DNA of 27,597 nucleotides from an uncultured bacterium (GTDB lineage: Bacteria; SAR324; NAC60-12), in the NCBI GenBank assembly GCA_964010765.1, contig CAXGMD010000047.1:1-27597 (forward strand). The letters are read 5' to 3'. Below the pieces are notes generated by a model, which worked only from the letters and a program-made list of their open reading frames with translations, was not told the DNA's origin and searched no databases. Below are positions 1 through 8,399 of the stretch, in pieces. Both the position numbers and the translations under genes were made by a program. Numbering within the stretch: the stretch's first letter is position 1; each line of letters begins with the position of its first letter.

Positions 1-402
1 TTCGATCATGCGCGGGACAAAGACTTGAGTACCATAGACGATTCCACCCAGGTTTACTCCTAAGATGCGCAGCCAGTTCTCCGAGTCATCCAACAGTGTA
101 CTTCCCGGCTGAATGCCTGCGTTGTTCATTAGGATGTCAGTGCCCCCAAAGCGCTCGGCAACCAGCGCTTCCAGTTCGACCAAGGCCTCTCGGTCGGAAA
201 CATCTGTAGAGCTAGCCATTACTTCTGGTGCTCCCATTTGGCGGAGCTGTTCAGCAGCTGGTTCTAGCAAGGCTTCACGGACGTCAACAATTACCAAACG
301 CAGGCCCATAGCGGCTAGGCGCTGAGCAGTGGCTAGGCCGATCCCTGAAGCACCTCCGGTGATGACGGCAACGGCGTTGGACTGAAAAGCTGGATGAGTC
401 AT
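1..402 (-). CDS. SDR family NAD(P)-dependent oxidoreductase (3' end runs off the window)
   Basis: Not in the ORF track. Manual minus-strand translation from ATG at 402: MTHPAFQSNAVAVITGGASGIGLATAQRLAAMG...TDVSD...GGTDILMNNAGIQ...GVNLGG, with classical SDR TGxxxGIG and NNAG motifs. AGGAG SD at 411-415 (minus). Confidence 0.92.
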   Translation of the reverse strand, partial: MTHPAFQSNAVAVITGGASGIGLATAQRLAAMGLRLVIVDVREALLEPAAEQLRQMGAPEVMASSTDVSDREALVELEALVAERFGGTDILMNNAGIQPGSTLLDDSENWLRILGVNLGGIVYGTQVFVPRMIE

Positions 403-579
403 GAAAATTTCTCCTAGACAGAAAGAACGAGGAATTCAGCAAAAAATCGATTTGCTCAGGATCAGATCCTTGAACGAAATTGCCATTTTAACGACATGCT
501 TCAAAATCAGAGTAACTTGATCCAGACCAACTGGCTATATGCAAACCGATTTTGATTTTGAAAACCAAAGAGGGTCCTG

Positions 580-1926
580 ATGAATCTCTACGCTAAACTG
601 CAGGCTCGTGCTTCTCAACAAAAACCGATCCGTGTTGCTCTAATCGGAGCAGGAAAGTTTGGTTCCATGTTTCTAGCCCAGGCAGTTCAGACCCCCGGTA
701 TGCATATCACTGGAATTGCTGATCTGTCTCCAGAGCGAGTTCAGACCAACCTCAATCGGATTGGCTGGGAGCCAGAACGGGCAAAGGCCACCTCTGTGGA
801 GGAAGCCATCCGTACAGGACAAACTTTCCTTTGCGAGGATGCAATGGGCTTGATCCAGGCAGAGGCTGTGGAAGTGGTGATTGACGCAACAGGTTCTCCA
901 GCGGCTGGTATTCGTCATGCCTTGGCTGCGATTGAACACGGCAAGCACATCGTAATGGTCAATGTAGAAGCGGATACTCTTGCTGGTCCACTCTTGGTGG
1001 AGAAAGCGAGAAAGGCTGGTGTCGTGTATTCGTTAGCCTATGGAGATCAACCAGCACTGATTGCTGAAATTGTGGATTGGGCTCGTGCCTGTGGATTATC
1101 TGTGGTTGCTGCAGGTAAGGGAACCAAGTACCTGCCGATCTATCACGAAGTCACTCCAGATACAGTTTGGCAGCATTATGGTTTGACTCCAGAAGCAGCA
1201 CAGGCCGGTGGAATGAATCCACAGATGTTCAACTCATTTCTGGACGGTACCAAGTCTGCGATTGAAATGGCTGCCGTAGCCAATGCTTGTGATTTGCGAC
1301 CACCCGACGATGGCCTTGGTTTCCCAGCCTGTGGAGTTGATGACTTGCCTCACATCCTGCGACCCAAGAGTGTTGGGGGTATCTTGGAACACGAAGGAAT
1401 GGTTGAGGTGATTTCCAGCCTTGAGCGGGACAGTCGACCGGTCTTCCGAGACTTGCGCTGGGGTGTGTATGCTGTGTTTGCCGCGCCTTCTGATTATACA
1501 AAGCGTTGCTTTGCAGAATATGGCTTGAAGACAGATTCCAGTGGTTGCTACTCGTCCATGTATAAACCATATCACCTGATTGGGCTGGAGTTAGGAATTT
1601 CTGTGGCAAGTGCGGCTCTGCGTGGTGAGCCAACGGGACAAGCCACTGGATTTCGAGGTGATGTGGTGGCGGTCGCTAAGCGTGATCTAAAGGTCGGAGA
1701 GGTACTGGACGGAGAAGGTGGCTACACAGTCTGGGGGAAACTCGTACCAGCTCAACGCTCACTCAGCTTGGGAGGACTCCCCATTGGCCTGGCTCACCGA
1801 ATGGCTCTGCGCCGTCCAGTAGCTCGAGGACAGATTGTCACTTGGGAGGATGTAGCGATTGATCAACAGGATTCGGCTGTTGCGTTCCGGCGTGAAATGG
1901 AGCAGGTCTTTCAGACTTTGAATTGA
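580..1926 (+). CDS. NAD(P)-dependent oxidoreductase, homoserine-dehydrogenase-like, with C-terminal SAF domain (COG4091-type)
   Basis: Rossmann motif VALIGAGKFG; DATGSP; GKHIVMVNVEAD; GDQPA; NSFLDGTKSAIEM; C-terminal SAF-like AVAKRDLKVGEVLDGEGG. GAGG-like SD upstream. Confidence 0.85.
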   Translation: MNLYAKLQARASQQKPIRVALIGAGKFGSMFLAQAVQTPGMHITGIADLSPERVQTNLNRIGWEPERAKATSVEEAIRTGQTFLCEDAMGLIQAEAVEVVIDATGSPAAGIRHALAAIEHGKHIVMVNVEADTLAGPLLVEKARKAGVVYSLAYGDQPALIAEIVDWARACGLSVVAAGKGTKYLPIYHEVTPDTVWQHYGLTPEAAQAGGMNPQMFNSFLDGTKSAIEMAAVANACDLRPPDDGLGFPACGVDDLPHILRPKSVGGILEHEGMVEVISSLERDSRPVFRDLRWGVYAVFAAPSDYTKRCFAEYGLKTDSSGCYSSMYKPYHLIGLELGISVASAALRGEPTGQATGFRGDVVAVAKRDLKVGEVLDGEGGYTVWGKLVPAQRSLSLGGLPIGLAHRMALRRPVARGQIVTWEDVAIDQQDSAVAFRREMEQVFQTLN

Positions 1927-2199
1927 GGTTGACCCAGATTATGACCTTGAAGGTGCGAAAAAGTTCAATAAATTGACAAAAATTTCTGTATGCTGAGAAC
2001 TCTTTAACTTTAACCAAATCTAAGCAATTCGATTCAGGAGAGTGTCGATTCCTTCACTGCAAGACTAGCAGTCTCATGATTTTTGCCAAAGAAGATTGAG
2101 CAAGAGGGGGATGAGACTGTATCGAAAGCTGCATTAGAACCGTGTTCACACACTACCCAAGTAATGCGGTTAAGAGATAACACTGTATCTTCTTTTATC

Positions 2200-2511
2200 A
2201 TGTCTAAAACCATTGAAAATCCTAGCTCAGCAGTACCGAAGATCGAATTACCACCACTGGAACCGGAGGCTTTGGAAGAATTACGCGAGTTGCTGAGGGA
2301 GCACATCGCACCATTGGTCCCAGATTTTGCCCACCTCAGCATCAACCAGCAGCGTGCCTGGGGCCACAAGCTTCGGCAATTACGAGAGTCCCATCCTGCT
2401 CCAGGTTTTGTTGAATGGGCTGATGAGGTACTGCACGAGTTGGAACATTTTCATATTAGTAAAAGTTCTGAAAAAGTGGCCTTGTTTCCTGTGGTTTTTT
2501 CCGATCTCTAA
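2200..2511 (+). CDS. Small helical hypothetical protein, possibly HPt-like or resembling the tail of a hybrid histidine kinase
   Basis: In-frame ATG at 2200 within track ORF 2083-2511; amphipathic helices LEELRELLREHI / RAWGHKLRQL / EWADEVLHELEHF. Start uncertain, no clear SD. Confidence 0.5.
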   Translation: MSKTIENPSSAVPKIELPPLEPEALEELRELLREHIAPLVPDFAHLSINQQRAWGHKLRQLRESHPAPGFVEWADEVLHELEHFHISKSSEKVALFPVVFSDL

Positions 2512-2651
2512 AAATCTTTGCAGAAACCCTGTTTTTTCGAATTTGCAGTTGACTAGAATCCAGTAGAAAATCAAGTTTTTCTGATTCTGGACTCTGATGC
2601 AATTTTGAATTTGCCTGCGTTAAGGGCAGTCAACAGAGATCCTCCTTCAGT

Positions 2652-4349
2652 ATGCTTTCCATCCCACCGCAACTACTCCGAACCGTACTCCTGTTCTCCT
2701 TGGGTAGCGCTTTACTGCTATCGAACGCCCTCACCTGGTATATCGGCCAAAGTCGCCAGGTTGCCAGCCTTCGTGATGCCTACTTTGAGCGAGTTTTCTG
2801 GCTCTCGTTTTCGATGAGCGACAAAGCTACCGAGTTGGTCGACACCTCGAATTGGGCTGGACTGGAAATACACTTCTCTGTTCTGAAATCACAACCAGAG
2901 GTGGTCTATCTCTTTCTGAGAGGGATGGATGATGAGATTCTTTATGCGTACGATGATGACGTGGTTGAAGAGTATGATCCTGAGATCATTACCTGGGATG
3001 TGCCCAAAGCTGCAGTTTTGGAAAATCGAGGCATCGTTGGAGATCCCAAGGAATATCAGTCTGGGAAATATGAACTACGGGAACAGTTCTTATTGAAAGA
3101 TTCGGAGGTGCATGGAGAGTTGCGTGGACGGGTGGGAGAACGAGTCTTCGAAGCAAAGCGGGAGTTACAGCATTGGGGAGAGCCTGTTGGTATCTTGCAC
3201 ATAGGCTTCTCAGAGAAACCACTGCAAGAGAACGTTGCCGAGAGCCAGAGCTCTCTCCTGATGATTGAGTTGCTATTGCTACTATTCGGATTACTACTTT
3301 CTGGATGGGTTGCTCGTCGAGTTGCCAAGCCTTTGGAACGTATCACAGAGGAACAGCGGCGTATTCAGGATCTGCGTTTGGATGGAGAATTTGAACTCAA
3401 GTCTCCAATTGTTGAAGTAGACTCGCTCAGTCGATCATTGGATGCGATGCGGACCAGTCTCCGTGCGTTTCAGATCTACATGCCGGCTGAGTTGGTTCGG
3501 GAACTCATTCTGCGTGGTGAAGATGCTGCCTTGGGAGGGCAGGAGCGAGAGTTGAGCATTCTCTTTGCGGATATCGCGGAATTTACTTCTATTTCTGAGG
3601 AACTGAAACCAGAAGAGTTGATGCTGCAACTGTCTGAGTACCTTGGCTTATTGGCAGAAATTATCCGCGCCCACTCTGGTACAGTTGACAAGTACCTGGG
3701 AGATGGAGTGATGGCTTTCTGGGGTGCTCCTGTGCAGTCAGATCACCATGCCAGTGATGCCTGCCGGGCGGCGCTGGAGTGCAGAAATCGTATTCAGGAG
3801 CTCAACGAAGCCTGGCAGGCCCAAGGAAAAAAACCTTTCTGGTCAAGAATCGGAATACACACTGGAAATACGCTGGTAGGTAACGTGGGTTCTGCTAATC
3901 GCATGAATTATACGGTGGTTGGTGATAGTGTAAACTTGGCCAGTCGACTGGAAGGCATTAATAAGATCTACCAAACCAACATCATTGTCAGCAGTGAAAC
4001 GCAGGAAGAAGGGGGATCCCAGTTTCTCTTCCGACCTCTGGACACTGTGCGAGTGAAAGGGAAACAGAAGGGTGTGAAAATCTTTGAGTTGGTAGATTCA
4101 AAGGAACGGGCATCAGAGAAGCAGAAGCAGTTTTGTGCCGAGTTCTCGAGAGGTGTTTGGGCCTATAACGTGAGGCGCTTCGATCAGGCTCATGAGGTGT
4201 TCAAACAACTTAGTGAAACCTTTCCGGATGATGTACCCACACAAATCTACCTGCGACGCAGCCACCGCTTTAGTATTGTACCTCCTAGTGTTGATTGGGA
4301 ACCAATTATCGATTTAGAGCCTCGTTTCAAGACTCAGGCTGATATTTGA
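2652..4349 (+). CDS. Membrane-bound class III adenylate cyclase (TM - periplasmic sensor - TM - HAMP - cyclase - TPR-like tail)
   Basis: ILFADIAEFT, VDKYLGDGVMAFWG, RIGIHTG, NYTVVGDSVNLASRLE motifs. Lys (DKY) and Thr (NYT) specificity residues indicate ATP use. Two hydrophobic segments and HAMP-like VAKPLERI...EVDSLSRSLDAM. Confidence 0.92.
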   Translation: MLSIPPQLLRTVLLFSLGSALLLSNALTWYIGQSRQVASLRDAYFERVFWLSFSMSDKATELVDTSNWAGLEIHFSVLKSQPEVVYLFLRGMDDEILYAYDDDVVEEYDPEIITWDVPKAAVLENRGIVGDPKEYQSGKYELREQFLLKDSEVHGELRGRVGERVFEAKRELQHWGEPVGILHIGFSEKPLQENVAESQSSLLMIELLLLLFGLLLSGWVARRVAKPLERITEEQRRIQDLRLDGEFELKSPIVEVDSLSRSLDAMRTSLRAFQIYMPAELVRELILRGEDAALGGQERELSILFADIAEFTSISEELKPEELMLQLSEYLGLLAEIIRAHSGTVDKYLGDGVMAFWGAPVQSDHHASDACRAALECRNRIQELNEAWQAQGKKPFWSRIGIHTGNTLVGNVGSANRMNYTVVGDSVNLASRLEGINKIYQTNIIVSSETQEEGGSQFLFRPLDTVRVKGKQKGVKIFELVDSKERASEKQKQFCAEFSRGVWAYNVRRFDQAHEVFKQLSETFPDDVPTQIYLRRSHRFSIVPPSVDWEPIIDLEPRFKTQADI

Positions 4350-4582
4350 TGTTAGATTGCCGAAGTAGAGCCTCAAGAAATTTGGCAAAAATTCATGATT
4401 TATTGAAATCGGCAATTGTGTTGCAGGGCAGCGATAAGTCATTTTCAGTTGACGAAAGTCCAGATTGATCAGGCTTCACTCTCTTGATCGATCCATCAGT
4501 AATTTGGTCAACCATTCGATTTTTTTGAAGCGACGTCACGTTCATCCTTTCTGACGGCTCAACCTCTCCCGGGAGAATTTCC

Positions 4583-6205
4583 ATGAAACGGATTCTGATT
4601 CCCGTCGCCCTCCTGCTTTTTTCAGCCGGGGTGTACTTCCTGTTTGTCCTACCTAATCAGATCGAACAAAAATTTAAGGATGCTGTCCCTGAAAATGTGG
4701 AAGTGAAATATAAGGATTTCCAGGTCAATCTTCTTGATAAGTCAGTTGTGGTCGAGACCCTGAAGCTTGAGGACGACAAGGTGCTCGTTGAAATGGGTCG
4801 TGCCGAGGTCAAGACGGAAGAGTACTCCGGTGAAATGATACAGGTGCAGCTCAACGAGGTGACCTTGACTAATAAAGAAAATGAAGAGATCTACAAGGCT
4901 CAGCAAGTCACCATTCAGGAGATTGATCGCAAGCAACTGGAAGAAACCAGCAAGAACGCAACATTGAGGGACCTGTTTAATACGCTGAAGCGAGACGCCA
5001 TTCGACAAGTGGAAATGAATGAGGTGAGCGTTACCAAAAATGGCCAAACCACAACGGTTGATTCTGTGAAAGTTGAAACTCTTGGAGAAGGTAAGGTTTT
5101 TGGTGTCCAGGCGGAGGGAATTCGGTCAAAAGATGGCGAAAGCGAGATCGCCATTGCTTCTGTCAATGTGGATGAAGTTGAGGTTGATAGTGAAAACCAA
5201 CTAACCCTGAACCAACTAAAACTCGGTGGAGTTCAGGTCAAGGAAGGAGAAGGTGACCTGACCATTGAGGACGTCTCAATTGATCAGGTTCGTAATCAAC
5301 AGGCTAACAACTTCAGTATGAAACAACTCAACCTGCAGAATTTTGAAAATATCGAAAAGCTAAGTATCGAAAGTGCTGAAGCTCGGAATATTCCCTTGGT
5401 CACCTTGCTGGAGAATGAGATTGACCTACTACAGCGCCTACTAGGCGGAACGTTTGAAGGACTACAGATTCGTAATTTGTTTGTTCAGCCTGAAAATGAG
5501 GAAGCTAAGCAAGTACGGGAGATTGATCTGGAGCAACTGGATTTTGGTACAACCGAAAATGGGCATCGCTATGTTCGAAACCTAAAACTGAACATTTTGG
5601 GGATTGTGATCAACCTCAGTGATTTTCCAGAAGATTTTGCGGAACAGGCCCGTAATTTTACGGAATCAGATGAAATTGGGATGAACCTCTTCCTTGATAT
5701 CACGGGTAGTCACGAGCAGCAGGACTATGAACTGGGCATCGGTGTGGGATTGGAAAAGATGGCAGACCTGCACTTGGAGGGTCATTTTTCTAATGTCCCA
5801 ATCGAGATCTTTGAATTTGAGAAGTACGATGACAGCGAGTTGGAGAGCATCCTTTCAGAAAAGTGGACCAAGATTGGGGTAGTCAAGTTGTTGGCCAGAT
5901 ACGATGAGCGTGGTTTCTTGGGATACTCGATGGGTAAATTCAGCACAGAGTCTGGTTTCTCAAAAGCCACGATTGCTCGCCAGGTCAGTCAACAGTTTGA
6001 AAACACAGCAGCTCGCTACAACCTCAGTGGCTCAGAGGAAATGGCCGGTGAGTTGGAAAAGTTTGTTTTGGAACCAAAGACTCTCCGGATTGGTTTCTTA
6101 CCAGAAGCCCCGCTCAATTTTGAAGAAATCGCCATGTTGGCTCTGCTCAATCCCAGCCAACTCCAGCAGAAGTCAAATTTCTCTCTCCAATCCACTCCAG
6201 AATAA
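4583..6205 (+). CDS. Hypothetical 540 aa periplasmic protein with N-terminal membrane anchor, acidic and beta-strand rich
   Basis: GGAGA SD; MKRILIPVALLLFSAGVYFLFV signal anchor; many short alternating-pattern strands; no catalytic motif recognised. Confidence 0.8.
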   Translation: MKRILIPVALLLFSAGVYFLFVLPNQIEQKFKDAVPENVEVKYKDFQVNLLDKSVVVETLKLEDDKVLVEMGRAEVKTEEYSGEMIQVQLNEVTLTNKENEEIYKAQQVTIQEIDRKQLEETSKNATLRDLFNTLKRDAIRQVEMNEVSVTKNGQTTTVDSVKVETLGEGKVFGVQAEGIRSKDGESEIAIASVNVDEVEVDSENQLTLNQLKLGGVQVKEGEGDLTIEDVSIDQVRNQQANNFSMKQLNLQNFENIEKLSIESAEARNIPLVTLLENEIDLLQRLLGGTFEGLQIRNLFVQPENEEAKQVREIDLEQLDFGTTENGHRYVRNLKLNILGIVINLSDFPEDFAEQARNFTESDEIGMNLFLDITGSHEQQDYELGIGVGLEKMADLHLEGHFSNVPIEIFEFEKYDDSELESILSEKWTKIGVVKLLARYDERGFLGYSMGKFSTESGFSKATIARQVSQQFENTAARYNLSGSEEMAGELEKFVLEPKTLRIGFLPEAPLNFEEIAMLALLNPSQLQQKSNFSLQSTPE

Positions 6206-6382
6206 ACCGAGTGTCCTGACTACCCGTTGATCATTCCATCAAGTCAGTTTGTCGGATTTGGTGGAATACCATCCCAATGATTCATACTCAGCATCATTGG
6301 TTAGGGAAGTACCCAGAGTGCCTCCCTCAGTGCTGATCGAATCCAACTCACTGTTTGACCTGTGAAGGGGAGTGAATTCATT

Positions 6383-7756
6383 TCAGGAATCCTGCGTGGG
6401 TAGAGTGATCGATGACTCTGCACATTCGGCAACATTGAGAGCATGATCAATGAGTTCGCGAGCTTGGGCCTTCGAGCCTTTTAGAGCCTGTTGGACTCTT
6501 TGGGGTGTCAGATGTTCCACGAACTCTTTGAGTGTGATCTCCTCTGGCTTTTTACCAATCTCTTTTTGTAACAGACGAAAGAGGTTGCGGGCACTGCTTT
6601 GTCCTTGATTGTAGGCTGCCACGGCAAGGACCCGCTGCACTTCGGGCTTGGGCTCCCAAACGGACTTACCATAGCGCCATTCGGACTGCAGGTAGTGTCG
6701 GAATAGCAGTGTGGAAAGGAGAACGTTGGTCTCAATATGAAAGATATTCCCCGGTTCTCCCGCATAGCTCTCCTCTAGTGCTGCGACATAGTGAGCATGA
6801 ATCGGAGCATATGTAAGGGACAGAGGTCTACCTTGCCGAAGTCGGTTCAGCCTACGACGTATCTGTGAGGTCTTTGAGGCATAAGGCAGCTGTTCCTCCT
6901 GTAAGCGTTTTTGTACTTCGGGAAGGAGTAGACTGGCTGAACGGGTAGGAACTACCATCTTTGGAGGCAGGCTAAGATTTTGTGGTAGTTTTCCCTGGTA
7001 TCCTAACTCTTTGAGAACCCCCTGCCATGTGGGATCAGCGTAGCGTTGCTGCAAATGATGTAATGCAGCGTTCAGCCGAGTTTGCTCCTCGGTGTATTCG
7101 CGCAGTAATTCAATCTGCTTGATGGCGATGCCTGTCAATTGACCAAGACCCCTTGCTCCACTGGCGCTGACGGCCTTGTAGTCCAATCGAGATTCTTTGA
7201 AGAACAAACAGAAGATGGTTGGGTAAGATACCTCCAGAAAGAAAGCACTGGCTTGGATTGCACTCAGCGTCCGAACTAGTGCCAGCTCTGGGAATCCATA
7301 TTCTGACTGAGCTAGGAATCTCTGTAGATTTTCTTGAAACCAGTAACTACTCAAAAAATAGTGGTGTAACTGGGTCTGGCTTCGTTGCCCTGGCAGAGCT
7401 TGGGTTCCCCAATGATAGTGCCAGCGTGTTAGGGATTCCTGAAGAAGCAAGTAGTTCGCAAAGCGTTCAACAGCAGGTGTCGTTGGTTGATCTAGTCGTA
7501 ATATCGGAGTGAAGGAACTCGACTGACGAGCCAAGTTTAACAAGCGTTCAGGAGCGTAGGCGGAAGGTTGCTGAAAGTGTTCAAGGGAAAGTGGTCGAGA
7601 AGGACGCACGGGTGAACCAAAATTCCCAGAAGGATCTGGTTCGGGTAGGTGATATGTGGGGGAATAGTCGAAGAGTTGTTCTTGTTTGAGGGGGAGCAGC
7701 GATTGAGGCCAGAGCAGCATTGCCAAGGCACTGACCATCAGAATTCTTGAAATCAA
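6383..7756 (-). CDS. Exported lytic transglycosylase (SLT-domain protein)
   Basis: Catalytic motif I FFKESRLDYKAVSASGA, motif II RGLGQLT (GLMQ variant), motif III AVAAYNQG; hydrophobic N-terminus. TTG start; alternative ATG at 7738. Confidence 0.8.
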   Translation of the reverse strand: MISRILMVSALAMLLWPQSLLPLKQEQLFDYSPTYHLPEPDPSGNFGSPVRPSRPLSLEHFQQPSAYAPERLLNLARQSSSFTPILRLDQPTTPAVERFANYLLLQESLTRWHYHWGTQALPGQRSQTQLHHYFLSSYWFQENLQRFLAQSEYGFPELALVRTLSAIQASAFFLEVSYPTIFCLFFKESRLDYKAVSASGARGLGQLTGIAIKQIELLREYTEEQTRLNAALHHLQQRYADPTWQGVLKELGYQGKLPQNLSLPPKMVVPTRSASLLLPEVQKRLQEEQLPYASKTSQIRRRLNRLRQGRPLSLTYAPIHAHYVAALEESYAGEPGNIFHIETNVLLSTLLFRHYLQSEWRYGKSVWEPKPEVQRVLAVAAYNQGQSSARNLFRLLQKEIGKKPEEITLKEFVEHLTPQRVQQALKGSKAQARELIDHALNVAECAESSITLPTQDS

Positions 7757-7771
7757 CTGCTTCCCTAATTT

Positions 7772-8377
7772 TTAGAACAAGGACATCTGCTGTACCTCTC
7801 GTTTGGGAGCCTGCTGTCCCCAGGTAACAGATACGGTTTTGATTCCACTCCGTGAGTCATAGAGCAACTCACTGTGCTCCAAGGCGTAGAGATGAAGATC
7901 ACGAGTTACCTCGACATCGACCTTACAATATTCGATGATTTTATCTAACTTGTCTTCACGATACCACTGGAGTGCCTGCAATCCGTCAGCTGATTTACCG
8001 GCTCCCAGTGTGGGTCGGGCGAGTGACTCTAATTTTAGGCGGTGCCCGAGTATTTTCTTCAGCTCAGTCAGCATATCCAAATTGGGCAATCCGGCTAGTT
8101 CTGTCCGTAGTCTTGTCCGCTGTTCCTGCTGGCCTGCACATTCACCGGCCAAGACGCGGTAGTCGAATTCCACGTGGTTAAATCCCACGATCAAATCAGC
8201 CTTGCGGCAGTGTTCCAATAGTTGTGGTGCTTGATAATCTAAGTAGACATGGTGTTGTTCATCGAAGCTGTCCCAGATCACTCCGACAGACATTCCCATG
8301 TCTTCAATATTATTCCAGCCGCCAACTTCCTCGGCTGCGCGCTTCGTTTCCAGGTCAAAGTACAGGATCCGTTCCAT
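7772..8377 (-). CDS. RNase H-like / DEDDy 3'-5' exonuclease (RNase_H_2, YprB/MrfB-like), stand-alone
   Basis: ExoI YFDLET, ExoII VGFNHVEFDY, ExoIII YCKVDV; C-terminus QQMSLF. Confidence 0.85.
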   Translation of the reverse strand: MERILYFDLETKRAAEEVGGWNNIEDMGMSVGVIWDSFDEQHHVYLDYQAPQLLEHCRKADLIVGFNHVEFDYRVLAGECAGQQEQRTRLRTELAGLPNLDMLTELKKILGHRLKLESLARPTLGAGKSADGLQALQWYREDKLDKIIEYCKVDVEVTRDLHLYALEHSELLYDSRSGIKTVSVTWGQQAPKREVQQMSLF

Positions 8378-8399
8378 CGTTCCCCAAGGAAAGACACAA

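Noticed and set aside
113..325. 70-aa plus-strand ORF
   Set aside because: Antisense shadow of the minus-strand SDR gene, which has clear family motifs.
580..1926. Calling this gene flgA or hom
   Set aside because: The SAF domain is shared with FlgA, but the protein is a Rossmann oxidoreductase. The true flgA is at 24810-25790, and homoserine dehydrogenase function is unsupported.
1973..1994. TTGACA...TATGCT sigma-70-like promoter
   Set aside because: Only 10 nt between the hexamers, and no good -10 at 16-18 nt spacing.
2553..2590. Imperfect AT-rich hairpin before the cyclase gene
   Set aside because: Weak bulged stem, no U-tract after it, no recognisable riboswitch motif.
6301..6381. 26-aa minus-strand mini-ORF starting 1 nt after the SLT stop (MNSLPFTGQTVSWIRSALREALWVLP)
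   Set aside because: Too short and no recognisable homology; cannot be supported from sequence alone.
8298..8399. N-terminal extension of the J-domain ORF (similarly 10703, 11236, 16730 and 23105 starts)
   Set aside because: These overlap neighbouring genes or promoter space; SD positions and domain boundaries support the downstream ATGs.
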